In this document: positions 43,524 to 54,826 of the stretch, one piece after another | Position numbering within the stretch: position 1 is the stretch's first letter | How the letters are laid out: the number at the start of each line of letters is the position of its first letter | Program-made: the position numbers and the translations under genes | Notes under the pieces: model-generated | Seen by the model: only the letters and a program-made list of their open reading frames with translations | The model's database searches: none | Told to the model about the DNA's origin: nothing | From: a virus | Lineage: Duplodnaviria; Heunggongvirae; Uroviricota; Caudoviricetes | Direction: 5' to 3' (one strand) | IMG/VR virus record: IMGVR_UViG_3300042892_004104 | Length of the DNA: 64,000 bases

Positions 43524-45001
43524 CTACAAACTCGAACGCCGTACTCACGTTCAAAGCGGTCCGCATCTGCTCGATCATTGACCATGGGCTCTCCGCGTAT
43601 GTTCAATGACGTGTTGAGCAGCATAGGACAATCAGTCATCACGTACCATTTTTCCAAGAGTTCTCTAATGCCTGAACCATCCGCAGGAACTGTCTGCACT
43701 CTACTAGTGCCGTCATGATGCACAATAGCAGGAAAAAGATCAGGATACCAGCAGTTGGCGACTGCTTGCATATACCTACTAGTGCTGAAACCCCTAGGCA
43801 TATCAAAATACTGATCAGCGTATTCTTCAAGGATAACTGGTGCAAATGGTCTGAATTGTTGTCTACGTTTGATCTCATTTACTTGATCCTTTATTTCCGA
43901 GCCACGAGGGTCTGCTAACAAACTTCTATTGCCCAGGGCCCTGGGTCCAAATTCTGCTCGACCACTAGCCACTCCCACAATTTTTCTAGTGACCAACTCA
44001 TCCAGGATGGCATTGACAGGATAAGCACCGAGGATATTGTGGCCAAGATAAGCATTGGTCCAGTTGATTCGACCACCATGTGCCAAGGCAGCAGCGCCAA
44101 GACTACTGCCTGCGTCACCAGGACAAGGCATGATCCAGATGTTGTCAAAATAATTTCCAATCCGTTGGTTGGCACTACAGTTAAGAGCAACACCGCCCAT
44201 GTAAACTAGGTTCCGGCTCCAGTTCAGTTTCTTAGCACGAACCATCACATTCAAAATAAGGTCTTCTGCTAGAGCCTGTGCCCCGGCGGCAATATCAAAC
44301 TCTGAATAATCATTTAGATATTCAGCTTCAAGACCTGTATGTAGATTCTCTTTGAATCGAATTTCATATTCATTGTCGATAAGATCGTAGCGCAGTCGAT
44401 TGCTGATATTGTTTTGTCCGTATGCAGCCATGCCCATTAGAATGTATTCTTCGTCCAGGGGTCTAAGACCCACACGAGCAGTGACTGCACTGTAGAACAA
44501 TCCTATGCTGTGCGGATACCCGCGGGACCAAAGTTTTCGATAAGTTGCTCGGCCCTGAGAATTGTATTCAGCGCCCCAGATGGTTATGGTGTCCCACTCA
44601 CCCACAGCGTCTATTACCACAACTGTGGCTCGATCAAATGGGCTGGTCTGAAATCCGCCTGCGGCATGACTTAGATGATGATTGTAACTGGACACATGCT
44701 CAGGCTTGATCTGATTGCCCAGTTGTGCCTTCAAGATCTGTCCTACAGTGAGTTTGTTCCACTCGATACCTTGTCCTGAATACCATTGTCGCAGTTGTTT
44801 ACGCCAAGGACGCTCATAGTAAGCAACTTGTTCAGGCTGACCATAATACAGTACGTCGGCAATCAGTCCTAAACTGATATCAGCGTCATTTTTCTTTTTG
44901 CTGTAGCGTTCTGAATGGCCGGCAAAAAGAATGTTGCCGTCATGATCCAGTACCGTGGCAGCAGCATCATGGAATCCTGCCGATATTCCCAGTATGTTCA
45001 T
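43520..45001 (-). CDS. carbamoyltransferase (NodU/CmcH family)
   Basis: N-terminal MNILGISAGFHDAAATVL...GHSERY and overall length. Confidence 0.8.
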   Translation of the reverse strand: MNILGISAGFHDAAATVLDHDGNILFAGHSERYSKKKNDADISLGLIADVLYYGQPEQVAYYERPWRKQLRQWYSGQGIEWNKLTVGQILKAQLGNQIKPEHVSSYNHHLSHAAGGFQTSPFDRATVVVIDAVGEWDTITIWGAEYNSQGRATYRKLWSRGYPHSIGLFYSAVTARVGLRPLDEEYILMGMAAYGQNNISNRLRYDLIDNEYEIRFKENLHTGLEAEYLNDYSEFDIAAGAQALAEDLILNVMVRAKKLNWSRNLVYMGGVALNCSANQRIGNYFDNIWIMPCPGDAGSSLGAAALAHGGRINWTNAYLGHNILGAYPVNAILDELVTRKIVGVASGRAEFGPRALGNRSLLADPRGSEIKDQVNEIKRRQQFRPFAPVILEEYADQYFDMPRGFSTSRYMQAVANCWYPDLFPAIVHHDGTSRVQTVPADGSGIRELLEKWYVMTDCPMLLNTSLNIRGEPMVNDRADADRFEREYGVRVCS

Positions 45002-45095
45002 TTATAAATGAAAGGGTCTCTTTTGCGTAGCTCTTTGAGTTTCTTGCGGTAACGATATTCCAGGGAGATTCTTGCCCATAATTTTTTTAGCCAGT

Positions 45096-46133
45096 TCATG
45101 TTAATTTCCTTATCTGCTGTAGATCATAGTCAGGATCACTCCAGCGATACTGGTATGTGGTCTGTGCCATGCTAGTACTTATTCTATAAACGTCTTGATG
45201 CTGCGACAACTGTGCCCATATTTCTCGGTAATCTACTGTGCCAAAACTGCGAACTAGATCCACTTGTGCCACTCTAGGATGCCCAATTGTTAGAGATTTA
45301 TCTTCAGGATCAAAGTTGTTGTCTATTAGCCAGGCACGAAAGTCTTTGAGTGATGCAATCTGCCACAGGAATGATCCAGGATTGTTGGCCCATTCTATAT
45401 CAAAATCTCCAGCTGCTTGAGTTTGGGATTTCAGTGTACTGGTCACAAGTTCGCTTACACGACTGTCTCTGCCTTCGTCTGTGAACACTTCCCAATGATG
45501 TTTGCCCACAGCTTTGTTCACTCCTACATATACGCCGCCCAGGGATCTATTGATAGTTTCTATTCCAAACAGTTCATAATCTTCATCTGACAGTTCAAAG
45601 CGTGGTGCTGCCAACCAGCACATCAACTGTGACGGACGTTGCCATTCAGGCGCTATTTTCAACATACGATTGCTTAATACCAAACTTTCTAGTTCGTGAC
45701 ACAGCAAATTTAATTGACGTATGTGCCAACGAGTTGTGTCATTGGCTGCTGTGTAATACGGGCTCATGGCACCCGACACACCTTGTAGGTCTTCAAAATA
45801 TTTGTGCAACTGATTTAGGTGGGTATGATTGATCCCAAGACTCGCATCAATTGTGTTGGCAGGTGTAAAAAAGTCTTGTATGACATATCCTAGATTGGCT
45901 GAATTAACAGCATGTATACTGCGATTGAGTTGTGTGCAGATGTATTCGTGGTTGCGATCACTCTCTGCCCAGCCCAACCAGCAATAGTTCTTTTCCAGAT
46001 GATTTTGATTCTGAATTAGCTGATTCAATGCTGCCAGCCATTTGCGTGAGAGACTGTTGTCTTCTACGTCAATATACACTGACAGCTCTTGATTGTCCGT
46101 GCTTCTTAGGTCCATCTGGATAGTATCAAGCAT
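45096..46133 (-). CDS. hypothetical protein (345 aa)
   Basis: ORF; ATGA-coupled to the downstream radical SAM gene. Confidence 0.6.
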   Translation of the reverse strand: MLDTIQMDLRSTDNQELSVYIDVEDNSLSRKWLAALNQLIQNQNHLEKNYCWLGWAESDRNHEYICTQLNRSIHAVNSANLGYVIQDFFTPANTIDASLGINHTHLNQLHKYFEDLQGVSGAMSPYYTAANDTTRWHIRQLNLLCHELESLVLSNRMLKIAPEWQRPSQLMCWLAAPRFELSDEDYELFGIETINRSLGGVYVGVNKAVGKHHWEVFTDEGRDSRVSELVTSTLKSQTQAAGDFDIEWANNPGSFLWQIASLKDFRAWLIDNNFDPEDKSLTIGHPRVAQVDLVRSFGTVDYREIWAQLSQHQDVYRISTSMAQTTYQYRWSDPDYDLQQIRKLT

Positions 46134-47424
46134 GTTGGTTCCACCATTCTAGCACCGCGGGCCTTGCTGACAAAATATCAGCCATGGACGTTGATGATTT
46201 GCGTATGCTTTCTAATTGTAACACTCTAGCCCGACCTTTAGCAACTCCTTGAGCATGGGTATCTGGCCATTGTTGTTCAAACGTGGGGCGTGATTTCAAT
46301 TGCATCAGCACATCACGCATGGCGCCTGAACTGGCTTCAATCAGTTCATCCAGCCAGGGATGCAGCAGATTTTTGGGCAGGGCCAATGGGCTCATCACAA
46401 TATCTGGGCCAAAACTAAACACCACTTTGGCCAGCAATTGCACACCCAGTTCTTGAGCCAGTTGCTGTATGGCCAGGACCTGTGTCATGCCCGGCAGGGT
46501 CAGTGTAAAGTCTATGCGCATCTGTCGCGGATTTGAACTGTGTTTTAATCCTTGACGGAAGTTTGCAAGCCAGGTGTTGTAGTCAAGCCCTGTTCGGATG
46601 TATTCTCCTGTGGCACCTGTACCGTCCAGACTTGCGCATATTTGCCAATCACGAATATGAGCCAGTATATCACCAAATAGATTGCGCCCACCATAGTCAA
46701 CTCTGCTAAGATTGGTATTATACCTTGCATATACTCGACCTCCGTCATTTAATTCAACAATACGAGCCATGTAACGCCAGTGCTGTTCGTACATCAGCGG
46801 TTCACCGCCGACCCAGTACACTTCTTCCACACGATGTTGTTCCACAGCGTCCGAGAATTCTTTTTCAATCTGACTGTCCTGGAATGCAGAAATCTCTTGA
46901 CGAATCTCAGGCTGCATCCATGCATTTTTGGGATTAGTCCAGTCAATCATGTGGTGTTGTCGTTGTTCACTTTCCCATGCACTAGATAACATGTCACCAC
47001 ATGTTCTACACTTGAAGTTGCACAGGTTGCTGAAACGATAGTCCCAGCTTACGGGTTGCATTGTGGTGCTGCCGTCTGGGGCAGTACTGCTGATTACTTC
47101 GGGCAACTTGTGACTGAACAGGTGTTCAAAATAGGTACGATACACATCAGTGTTCAACAACTGATCGTTGCACACTTCACACTCGGACAGGGTTTCTCCA
47201 GCCAACATGCGTCTACGCACACCGCGCATGTGTTCACCATTCCAGTGCTGTTCAAGTGTGATAGGAATATACCGGCCTGTACCTGCGGCCGTGTCTATGT
47301 ACTGAGCAAAGTTCTGCGCAGGTTCTCGACTGGCACAGCACATTCTACGTTCAGTTTGCGGGCTAAGATAGGTGTGTGTCCACGGAGCAAGACACAAGGA
47401 ACTAGCCATTGAACTTGTACTCAA
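46126..47424 (-). CDS. radical SAM paralog A
   Basis: LCLAPWTHTYLSP...MCC N-terminal motif; CNFKCRTCGDMLSSAW. Confidence 0.8.
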   Translation of the reverse strand: MSTSSMASSLCLAPWTHTYLSPQTERRMCCASREPAQNFAQYIDTAAGTGRYIPITLEQHWNGEHMRGVRRRMLAGETLSECEVCNDQLLNTDVYRTYFEHLFSHKLPEVISSTAPDGSTTMQPVSWDYRFSNLCNFKCRTCGDMLSSAWESEQRQHHMIDWTNPKNAWMQPEIRQEISAFQDSQIEKEFSDAVEQHRVEEVYWVGGEPLMYEQHWRYMARIVELNDGGRVYARYNTNLSRVDYGGRNLFGDILAHIRDWQICASLDGTGATGEYIRTGLDYNTWLANFRQGLKHSSNPRQMRIDFTLTLPGMTQVLAIQQLAQELGVQLLAKVVFSFGPDIVMSPLALPKNLLHPWLDELIEASSGAMRDVLMQLKSRPTFEQQWPDTHAQGVAKGRARVLQLESIRKSSTSMADILSARPAVLEWWNQHA

Positions 47425-48616
47425 TCAACTGTGCCATTTCGGGCGCCACCGCGGCAAAGTCTTGATTTCTTTTGCGGTCTAGGTCTGCTATTTTCATTCG
47501 GGTCATAAAGCCGTCGGTGCTGGCGCCACCATTCATGAAGTCTACTATTCGTGCAAACTCTTCACGATACAGGGGCGGCACATCTGCTGTGCGTAAGTGT
47601 TCAGTAATGCCGGCCTTGACAGTGTCAGGCAGTGTGGCAATACTAAAGTACCAGGCGTCATGCATCATGTTCCAGTACACAAAGTCAAACTTCTGCCGTG
47701 CTATCCAATGTGCCAACTCATTGATGTAGCGCACGTTGAATATGTTCACAGTCGAACAACACTGCAACTGAATGTTGGGCATTTGATCTTTGAGATATTG
47801 AAAACTTGTGATTGTGTCCAGGACCACTGCCCAGTCAGCATTGGTGCGCTGGTATTCAAATCTTTCTCCAATGTCATCTATACTAAAAGCAATTTCCACA
47901 GTCTTAAAATGTTTCCAAATGTCTGGACCTCGCTCGGGCCATTGTGTGCCATTGGTGTTGTAGTGTATTTCAACTTGATGTGCAATACCACGATCAATGA
48001 TGCCTTGTAACATGTCAAAGTGTTCGTTGATCATAAACGGCTCGCCGCCAGTGAATTCAATATAGCGTATGTCTGTCAGCACCGTGTCAATTTGGCTCCA
48101 GAATTGCTCATTTTCTCGGGGCCAGGCGCCGGCGCGCAGCATTTGATATGCATGAGAGCTTTTTTGTTCTTCGCGTGGCATGAAGTTCAATTCTTCTGTG
48201 GCAAACTGGCTTGAACTCCAAGGGCCACATATACGACATTTTAGATTGCAGATGTTGCCCAGTTTAAGATCCAGGAACATCAAGGGCTTGGCGTTAGTGG
48301 TCCAGTCCTGATCAGGCAGCATGTGTTTGAGTCTGTTCAAGGTGTGTATGCGTTTGCTGTCACGTCCTGCACGTTCTTCATTCCAGCACTTGCGGCATGT
48401 CTGCGGCTTTTCCTCTGCAAGAAACTGTGCTCTAAGATTGCGCATGTGATTTGAGTTCTGAATGTCTTGGAAATTGGCCGTGCTCAATTTGAACTTTTGT
48501 CCAGAATTGTCTACTATTTCATCATCGGCCAGGCAGCAGGGTCGTACAGTACCAATGGGACTGGCTTCCAGACTAACCCAGGGTAATACACAGAATTTAT
48601 CGTGTGGCAAATTCAT
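47402..48616 (-). CDS. radical SAM paralog B
   Basis: FCVLPWVSLEASPIGTVRPCC; CNLKCRICGPWSSSQF. Confidence 0.8.
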   Translation of the reverse strand: MNLPHDKFCVLPWVSLEASPIGTVRPCCLADDEIVDNSGQKFKLSTANFQDIQNSNHMRNLRAQFLAEEKPQTCRKCWNEERAGRDSKRIHTLNRLKHMLPDQDWTTNAKPLMFLDLKLGNICNLKCRICGPWSSSQFATEELNFMPREEQKSSHAYQMLRAGAWPRENEQFWSQIDTVLTDIRYIEFTGGEPFMINEHFDMLQGIIDRGIAHQVEIHYNTNGTQWPERGPDIWKHFKTVEIAFSIDDIGERFEYQRTNADWAVVLDTITSFQYLKDQMPNIQLQCCSTVNIFNVRYINELAHWIARQKFDFVYWNMMHDAWYFSIATLPDTVKAGITEHLRTADVPPLYREEFARIVDFMNGGASTDGFMTRMKIADLDRKRNQDFAAVAPEMAQLIEYKFNG

Positions 48617-49872
48617 TTCAGCGCCCTTAATTCAGGAATTACGTCTAGGATATTTTCTTTTCTAATAGCGTCTAGCTCGTGTGTTTTGCGCCAGAATGTG
48701 TCTATTAGTTGTGTGTTGTCTGTGGCTGTCATAAAGGTGATAGCACTTTCAAAACCTTGTGTGGCTCGCTGTAATGGATCTTGGCCGCGAAGCCATTCAA
48801 TGTGTTCGCGATACCGAGCCATCAATGACCCTTTGTACGCAGCAGGCGCAATGTCTATTCTATAGTGCAGGGGATCTTGCAAGATATTTACATTTAAATC
48901 CTGCGCTCGAATAAGTCCTTTCGCAACCCAGTCACGATGAAAGTCCGGCAAGTGCCATGCATTCATAATGCTAAGAGTAGGGCTGACATAAAAGTCCACC
49001 TCGGGACAGATTGACAGCATGTCTCTACGATTTTGTTCTACCACAGTCCAGTCTGTGCCTTTGCGTATGTATTCAGCACGTGGCCCTTGTCCGTCCAGGC
49101 TGGCGCCCACTGCAACTGAATCAAACTGTTTCCAGTATTCAAATACACTACGGCCTTTTAGGTCAGTGTGCGTAAAGTTGGTGTTGTAGATCAAGCGTAC
49201 ATCAAAGCGTTTTCTCCTGACCAGCTCGTCTAGGATTCGATAGTGTTCTTCCATCAGCAAGGGTTCGCCGCCTGCAAAGTAGATTTGCTCAACATAGTCT
49301 AGATGCGGTTCCAACTGAGTCCACATGTCTGTTTCTGTGCGGCCAGCATAGTTGAGAACTGTGTTATTGAGCTTCCAGGCAGGTCCTGCTAGTTTAGCTT
49401 GATCTTGATACCACTGACTACTGAATATGTGGCCGCAGCTACGACATTTTAGGTTGCAAAGATTGCTGAAACGAATATCCCAGTAGGTCATTTCAAAAGG
49501 ATTAGCTTCTAGCTTTTTGATCTGATGTCCGTGATGTTTGTTGGCACTTCGACGTCCCGAAAAGAATCCTGATTCTTCTTGTTCATAACAGCGTGTGCAA
49601 GCTGCATTGGGTGTTTCACTCAGCATGTCAGCTCGTAGGCGTTGCATAGGAACATCAGTCCATATTTCTTCCAGGGTATTCTCACGACAATTGCCCACTT
49701 GCCCCACACCCATTTCAGCATGACAGCAAGGATATGCTTCCCCTGTGGGGTATGCATGTAAATGAATCCAAGGATAGATACAAAATGTCTTGGAATCTTT
49801 TAAAAGAAATCGCTCACGCTCGGACAATTCCGTAGCACGTACCAGATCTGTGCTGTTGTAATTATAGGTCAT
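48613..49872 (-). CDS. radical SAM paralog C
   Basis: FCIYPWIHLHAYPTGEAYPCC; CNLKCRSCGHIFSSQW. Confidence 0.8.
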   Translation of the reverse strand: MTYNYNSTDLVRATELSERERFLLKDSKTFCIYPWIHLHAYPTGEAYPCCHAEMGVGQVGNCRENTLEEIWTDVPMQRLRADMLSETPNAACTRCYEQEESGFFSGRRSANKHHGHQIKKLEANPFEMTYWDIRFSNLCNLKCRSCGHIFSSQWYQDQAKLAGPAWKLNNTVLNYAGRTETDMWTQLEPHLDYVEQIYFAGGEPLLMEEHYRILDELVRRKRFDVRLIYNTNFTHTDLKGRSVFEYWKQFDSVAVGASLDGQGPRAEYIRKGTDWTVVEQNRRDMLSICPEVDFYVSPTLSIMNAWHLPDFHRDWVAKGLIRAQDLNVNILQDPLHYRIDIAPAAYKGSLMARYREHIEWLRGQDPLQRATQGFESAITFMTATDNTQLIDTFWRKTHELDAIRKENILDVIPELRALK

Positions 49873-51199
49873 TGTACCATTCTTTTAGTTCAGGAAATGC
49901 TGTGACAAAATCTTTTCCACGACGTTGATCATACTGCTGATAAAACTGTTTGAAGTCATTCAGTAACTTGGGCTGTTCAAATGCATCCGAATGCGGCGTT
50001 TTGACCACGTCCAGGTAATCTATTAGACGCTGGGTATGATTTATTTCATGCTCATGCAGACACGGGTTGTCACGATTTCGATACAGCCATTCTTCAAGTA
50101 CTACTCTGTAGCCAGTTCGAATGTGTTCGGGCAACACCAGGGCCGACTGAAAGCTGGGAAAGCGTAGAATGTTCAATGTAAAATTAACTCTTTCGCGACC
50201 ATAAACTTGTTTTAATTTAAGTAACTGGTACAATAAATCAGGAAGTTGTTCCAAACAAAGAGCATTGATTGTACACATACAATGCACAGCTTTTATATGA
50301 TCATGTTCTAGTAGCTCTTGTACATTGTGCATCCAGAGATCGTAGTCAAGCCCATCACGAATATACTCAGCTTGTTGATCCACACTCTCCATGCTGGTGT
50401 ATATCTCTAGGTGTGGGATATCTCGGACTCGTTCAATAAACTCCTGCAGCTTGATGCGATCCATACCCAGATTTGAGTTGATCGCCAGGCGGGTAGAGCT
50501 TTTGTTTTTGTTTGTTTTGAACCAATCGATCAGCTTCCAGGTCTCTCCTGACATTAGCGGTTCACCGCCGGTGATTCTTAGCTCTTGAAGAGTCCGGTGA
50601 AGATCTGTTTCCCACCACTTAAAGAACGCTTCAACGTAGGGATTAGTTTCGCCAAACTTGTATAGTTGAGCACTATCGTGAGTGTGAGTAAAGTGGTTAC
50701 GCCCATCAGACACCAGGTGCTCATAGGCACCATGCTTTCGGATATCATTAACCCATGTGCTACTGAAAGCAGGGTTACAATAGCTACAAGCAAATTGGCA
50801 AGTGCGGTCGAATGCAATTTCAAGTGTGCGTAAATTGATGTCTTGATCAGGTGGAGTTTCATATGCTTCTTTCAGTGTGTTAATGGGATAAATCTTGCTC
50901 TTGTACACGCGGTCGCTCACAGCGTCTCGACCCATGTCTTCAATCTTCCAGCAGTATTCGCAACCTGCAGGACGCTCGCCTGCAATCATCTTGCGACGGT
51001 CTTCTTTCTTCTGAACAGTATTGTGCAGCAGCCTAGGGTTGATACTGACTTTATCTTTGTCGACCAAATGAGCTGGCGGGTGATGACAACTTGTGGTCTG
51101 TCCACTTCCTAACCAAATGGTAGCATTGTACCATTTCGCTGCACAAAAACTGTCACTCAGTGGGTCTAGCACTGTGCGTTTAAATTCTAGATCATTCAT
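49862..51199 (-). CDS. radical SAM paralog D
   Basis: FCAAKWYNATIWLGSGQTTSCHHPP; CQFACSYCNPAFSSTW. Confidence 0.8.
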   Translation of the reverse strand: MNDLEFKRTVLDPLSDSFCAAKWYNATIWLGSGQTTSCHHPPAHLVDKDKVSINPRLLHNTVQKKEDRRKMIAGERPAGCEYCWKIEDMGRDAVSDRVYKSKIYPINTLKEAYETPPDQDINLRTLEIAFDRTCQFACSYCNPAFSSTWVNDIRKHGAYEHLVSDGRNHFTHTHDSAQLYKFGETNPYVEAFFKWWETDLHRTLQELRITGGEPLMSGETWKLIDWFKTNKNKSSTRLAINSNLGMDRIKLQEFIERVRDIPHLEIYTSMESVDQQAEYIRDGLDYDLWMHNVQELLEHDHIKAVHCMCTINALCLEQLPDLLYQLLKLKQVYGRERVNFTLNILRFPSFQSALVLPEHIRTGYRVVLEEWLYRNRDNPCLHEHEINHTQRLIDYLDVVKTPHSDAFEQPKLLNDFKQFYQQYDQRRGKDFVTAFPELKEWYNDL

Positions 51200-52301
51200 T
51201 TAGATATGTTATTAAATTCTGTGGGAGACGGTTTCGTTCACGAGCATTGTGTTCGCGCAGGTGTTGATAATTGTATTTACACACCTCTCGAGCAGCAGTC
51301 AAGAAACTGCTAGCACCATTATAGCATATATCTTTGACTGTTGCAACCACGGCGTCAGCCCGATCCTGTGCGTTGTCTATCATGTCAAATGATTCATCAA
51401 TCAGATGGCCAAAGGTTTGAAATCCTGCATTCCGTAGATCTCGATAGTAGCCTGTGTTAGCAGCCACTACAAATGGATGACACATGATCATGGGCTTCCA
51501 GATTTTTTCTGTTCTGAATGAGTGGGGGTAATCAAAAATGGTTTCTGTTACTAGGCTAAAACATGTGTCCATGTATGCCTGCGGATTGACAATGGCGTCA
51601 CCCCAGGTATTGCCAAACAATTCATGCTTGACAAATCCTGAATTCAAACTGGCCTTGAGATTGGGCCTGGCACGAGGTATTTCATATTCCGGGGGCAGCA
51701 GTCTAACGTGTTCTAGTTTGGCTGTTTGCAGCACAGACGTAAACTCCATTTCAACCTGACTGCCCAAATTGGTCCACAGTGCATCTCTCAACAGATCCTG
51801 ACTGCGTAGTGCATCTATTAGATACTTGCGATGTGGTCTGAGGCGTCCATTTAGAAACAAAAATTCATAGCGTTTGACTGGATCAGCAAACACATCTGAC
51901 TCGGCTGCCGCTAGATTTTCAGTGTATTCTACTATGTTACTAAAGTAACAGTCTGTGCTGAGTTCATGAAACCCTGCTTCTAGATTGCCACTGGCGATCA
52001 TGCGTATGTTGCGATTCTGCACCAGCTCAGTGATTCTCAGTCTTGAGAGCTGTAGTTTGATTGTTTCAGATCCTTCGGCAGGATTACAAAACACAATGCG
52101 TCCCGGGTGTTGGCGTGCTAGGTCAGTGATTGACTGCCAGTTTTCTTTCAATACCACACGCCCTACAATATAAAACTTGTTGGGATCAAAGGTTACTGAT
52201 TTCCAGTCCCAGAAGCTTTCCACAGCATAGGGCTTTAATAAATCCCATACTTCAGCCCATTCGTCCACTACTATGTTATGCGGCCCTAGCATGATACTCA
52301 C
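51192..52301 (-). CDS. GT10-like glycosyltransferase, paralog 3
   Basis: FRTEKIWKPMIMCHPFVVAA...GFQTFG. Confidence 0.6.
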   Translation of the reverse strand: MSIMLGPHNIVVDEWAEVWDLLKPYAVESFWDWKSVTFDPNKFYIVGRVVLKENWQSITDLARQHPGRIVFCNPAEGSETIKLQLSRLRITELVQNRNIRMIASGNLEAGFHELSTDCYFSNIVEYTENLAAAESDVFADPVKRYEFLFLNGRLRPHRKYLIDALRSQDLLRDALWTNLGSQVEMEFTSVLQTAKLEHVRLLPPEYEIPRARPNLKASLNSGFVKHELFGNTWGDAIVNPQAYMDTCFSLVTETIFDYPHSFRTEKIWKPMIMCHPFVVAANTGYYRDLRNAGFQTFGHLIDESFDMIDNAQDRADAVVATVKDICYNGASSFLTAAREVCKYNYQHLREHNARERNRLPQNLITYLNE

Positions 52302-53676
52302 ATTCTGCCCACCATGACTTCATTTCAGGAAAGGTCTTCAAGAAGTTGGTGCCACGCCGACGATCATGTTCACTAAAGAAACGCCAAAAGTCTGCTTTGG
52401 CAACACTATGATCTTTGTCCTGTCCCGCTCGCATCCAGGCTATGTCTCGGTCCAGTCGACTGAGTTCGTAGTCTTTGAATCCTTGAAACGGTGTTTCGGC
52501 CGTTTCAATTTGACGTACCATCCAGGCCCACAAATGCTCCAGTTTGTCAGCATAGGGTTCAGGAAGAATCTGCAGACTCTGCCAGGCTGGCTCACGCAGC
52601 ACAGGAGTATCAAACCACACACGCTGATAGGTCTTGCTGTAGGTTTTTCTCAGACCCAGAATGCCAGCAAACAAGTTTTCCAGACTTGGTACACTGAGAT
52701 TGTTCATTGTGACAATAAATGTCAGACTTGAGTAATTGGGAACTTCAGTTAAGAATTGATTTACTCGGTCCCACAGCAGATCAAAGTCCAGGCCATGCCG
52801 TATGTATTCTGCTTGAGCTCCCCAGGTGTCTAGACTCACGTACTGCATGAAATGTTCTATGCGTCCATCGCATAGCTGTTTCACATAGGACAGATACTTT
52901 TGCCAGGACTTTTCATCCACACTAAAGTTTGACGTGACATTTAGGTGCAGTTTAGCACTGGGGTTGGCCAGCACATAGTCAAATACTCGGTAAGTGTTCT
53001 TGTCAAGAAGTGGCTCGCCGCCAGTCATACGGAAGTGTTCCAGTTCGGGGTATAACGTGGGCCACCAAGACCAGAAGGCATCTACATAGGGATTGTGATC
53101 ACGGGCAGGAATAGGACGATTACGGCCGGTAAAGTGACCAGGATCGTTATGCACAGTGCTAGTAGGATATCCGCCATGTCGATCGACTTCTTGTTGCCAG
53201 CTTGAACTAAACTGCGGGCTGCAATAGCTGCAAGACAAGTTACAAGCATTATTAAAATTAACTTCCACATAACTAGGTATGGCATCCTCATCTCCTGTTG
53301 ATTGGGTAATTACTGAATAATCTTTGGCTGCCCAGGGTTCACCTGATCTATAGTGTCTATCACTCAGCTTGTCATGTGCTTCCATGTTCCAGCAATAGCT
53401 GCACTCTGCAGGTTTGGTGCCTGCTAGCATGAGTTTGCGCTGCGATTTTTTAAACGGTGTATTGTGCAATGCACTTGGATTGCGGCCAATATCTTCTATG
53501 GGTATTTGGTGTAAAGGTGGATGATAGCATGAGTTGTTGAGCCCTGTGGGCAGGTGTAGGCTAACTTGTTTCCATTTAGCCAAGCACAAGGCAGGTCCCA
53601 GATCAGCCTGCATTTTTTCTGCGGCTGTTAGGAAATGACTTTTGTTGTCAGTAGTTTCATCGCCTTTGTTACTCAT
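52276..53676 (-). CDS. radical SAM paralog E
   Basis: LCLAKWKQVSLHLPTGLNNSCYHPP; CNLSCSYCSPQFSSSW. Confidence 0.8.
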   Translation of the reverse strand: MSNKGDETTDNKSHFLTAAEKMQADLGPALCLAKWKQVSLHLPTGLNNSCYHPPLHQIPIEDIGRNPSALHNTPFKKSQRKLMLAGTKPAECSYCWNMEAHDKLSDRHYRSGEPWAAKDYSVITQSTGDEDAIPSYVEVNFNNACNLSCSYCSPQFSSSWQQEVDRHGGYPTSTVHNDPGHFTGRNRPIPARDHNPYVDAFWSWWPTLYPELEHFRMTGGEPLLDKNTYRVFDYVLANPSAKLHLNVTSNFSVDEKSWQKYLSYVKQLCDGRIEHFMQYVSLDTWGAQAEYIRHGLDFDLLWDRVNQFLTEVPNYSSLTFIVTMNNLSVPSLENLFAGILGLRKTYSKTYQRVWFDTPVLREPAWQSLQILPEPYADKLEHLWAWMVRQIETAETPFQGFKDYELSRLDRDIAWMRAGQDKDHSVAKADFWRFFSEHDRRRGTNFLKTFPEMKSWWAECEYHARAA

Positions 53677-54826
53677 ATTCGTAATTTCGTAAAATGTTAT
53701 CTACTGCAATTGATTTAAACGGTAATAGTTCAAATAATTTTTCTCCGCGCAAGTTGTCTAATAGCAATACGTGCGAAATAGTTTGCTGAAATAAAAATTG
53801 ATTGCGATTGTTATTAATCAAATTTTTAATATGTTGTACAATTTTTTTGTCTATAGGGTAACTGGATTCAATGTTGGTGATTTTTTCCAGGGCTAGAGAT
53901 TTTAATTCGTCTGGAATTACGTCTATTGCTAGATAGTCAGGACCTGTCAGTATAATTGGTTCAACAGTAATGTTGTTTGACCAAGCATATTTGTATAATT
54001 CATCAACAAACCACATGTTTAAAATACTCACCACAGGTGCCAACACGACTGTGATATTTGATTTTTGTGACACTAATATCAAATGTGTTAAATTAAATTT
54101 TATTTTTTCCCAGCTTGTACCAGATCTAATATATTCTAATGGGGCGCCTACTGCGTCAATGCTACATCGTACTCTGACATTTTTAAATTGTTTCCAAATG
54201 TCAATAACATTTTTATCTTTGTATTTTATTGTAGTCAAATTGGTATTATAAACCAACGATATGCTATTAGATTTCCCACTATCAATCAATTCCTCAAGCA
54301 GGTCCCAGTGTTCTCTGTTAATCAGTGGTTCTCCACCTGTAAAATACATCCAATGCAATGAATCAGTGATTAGTATATCTTTGTAATCAGTTATGTCTTG
54401 CTGTTGTATTGACGGAAATTTGTCAAGTTCTTCCGCCCATTGACTGCTAAAATGTGGGCCGCAGTATCTACATTTTAAATTACAAAGATTAGTATTTCTG
54501 ATATCAACAAACTGCAACCCAGGAGCCGATGTCACTGTACTATCAAATGATTTTCTATAGCTTGGTAGTCCATGATATTCTGCCACCGAACATGTATTAC
54601 ACGGGTGGTCCGGCGGGCAGTCTTGAGTCTTTAAATCTGCAAATCTGTCAGGATTTGATAATTCTGATATGGGTTTTAGATAATCTGCGGCAATTTGACA
54701 GCAAGGTCCAATTTTCCCATTGGGGAAAACAGTAACTCCATGATCAATAGCGGCACAATTCCAGGTCATATTACCAACCTTCTTGAGCTCGAATAACATC
54801 CATTTCTCGGACCATGATACCTTCAT
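53669..54826 (-). CDS. radical SAM paralog F
   Basis: NCAAIDHGVTVFPNGKIGPCC; CNLKCRYCGPHFSSQW. Confidence 0.8.
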   Translation of the reverse strand: MKVSWSEKWMLFELKKVGNMTWNCAAIDHGVTVFPNGKIGPCCQIAADYLKPISELSNPDRFADLKTQDCPPDHPCNTCSVAEYHGLPSYRKSFDSTVTSAPGLQFVDIRNTNLCNLKCRYCGPHFSSQWAEELDKFPSIQQQDITDYKDILITDSLHWMYFTGGEPLINREHWDLLEELIDSGKSNSISLVYNTNLTTIKYKDKNVIDIWKQFKNVRVRCSIDAVGAPLEYIRSGTSWEKIKFNLTHLILVSQKSNITVVLAPVVSILNMWFVDELYKYAWSNNITVEPIILTGPDYLAIDVIPDELKSLALEKITNIESSYPIDKKIVQHIKNLINNNRNQFLFQQTISHVLLLDNLRGEKLFELLPFKSIAVDNILRNYEYE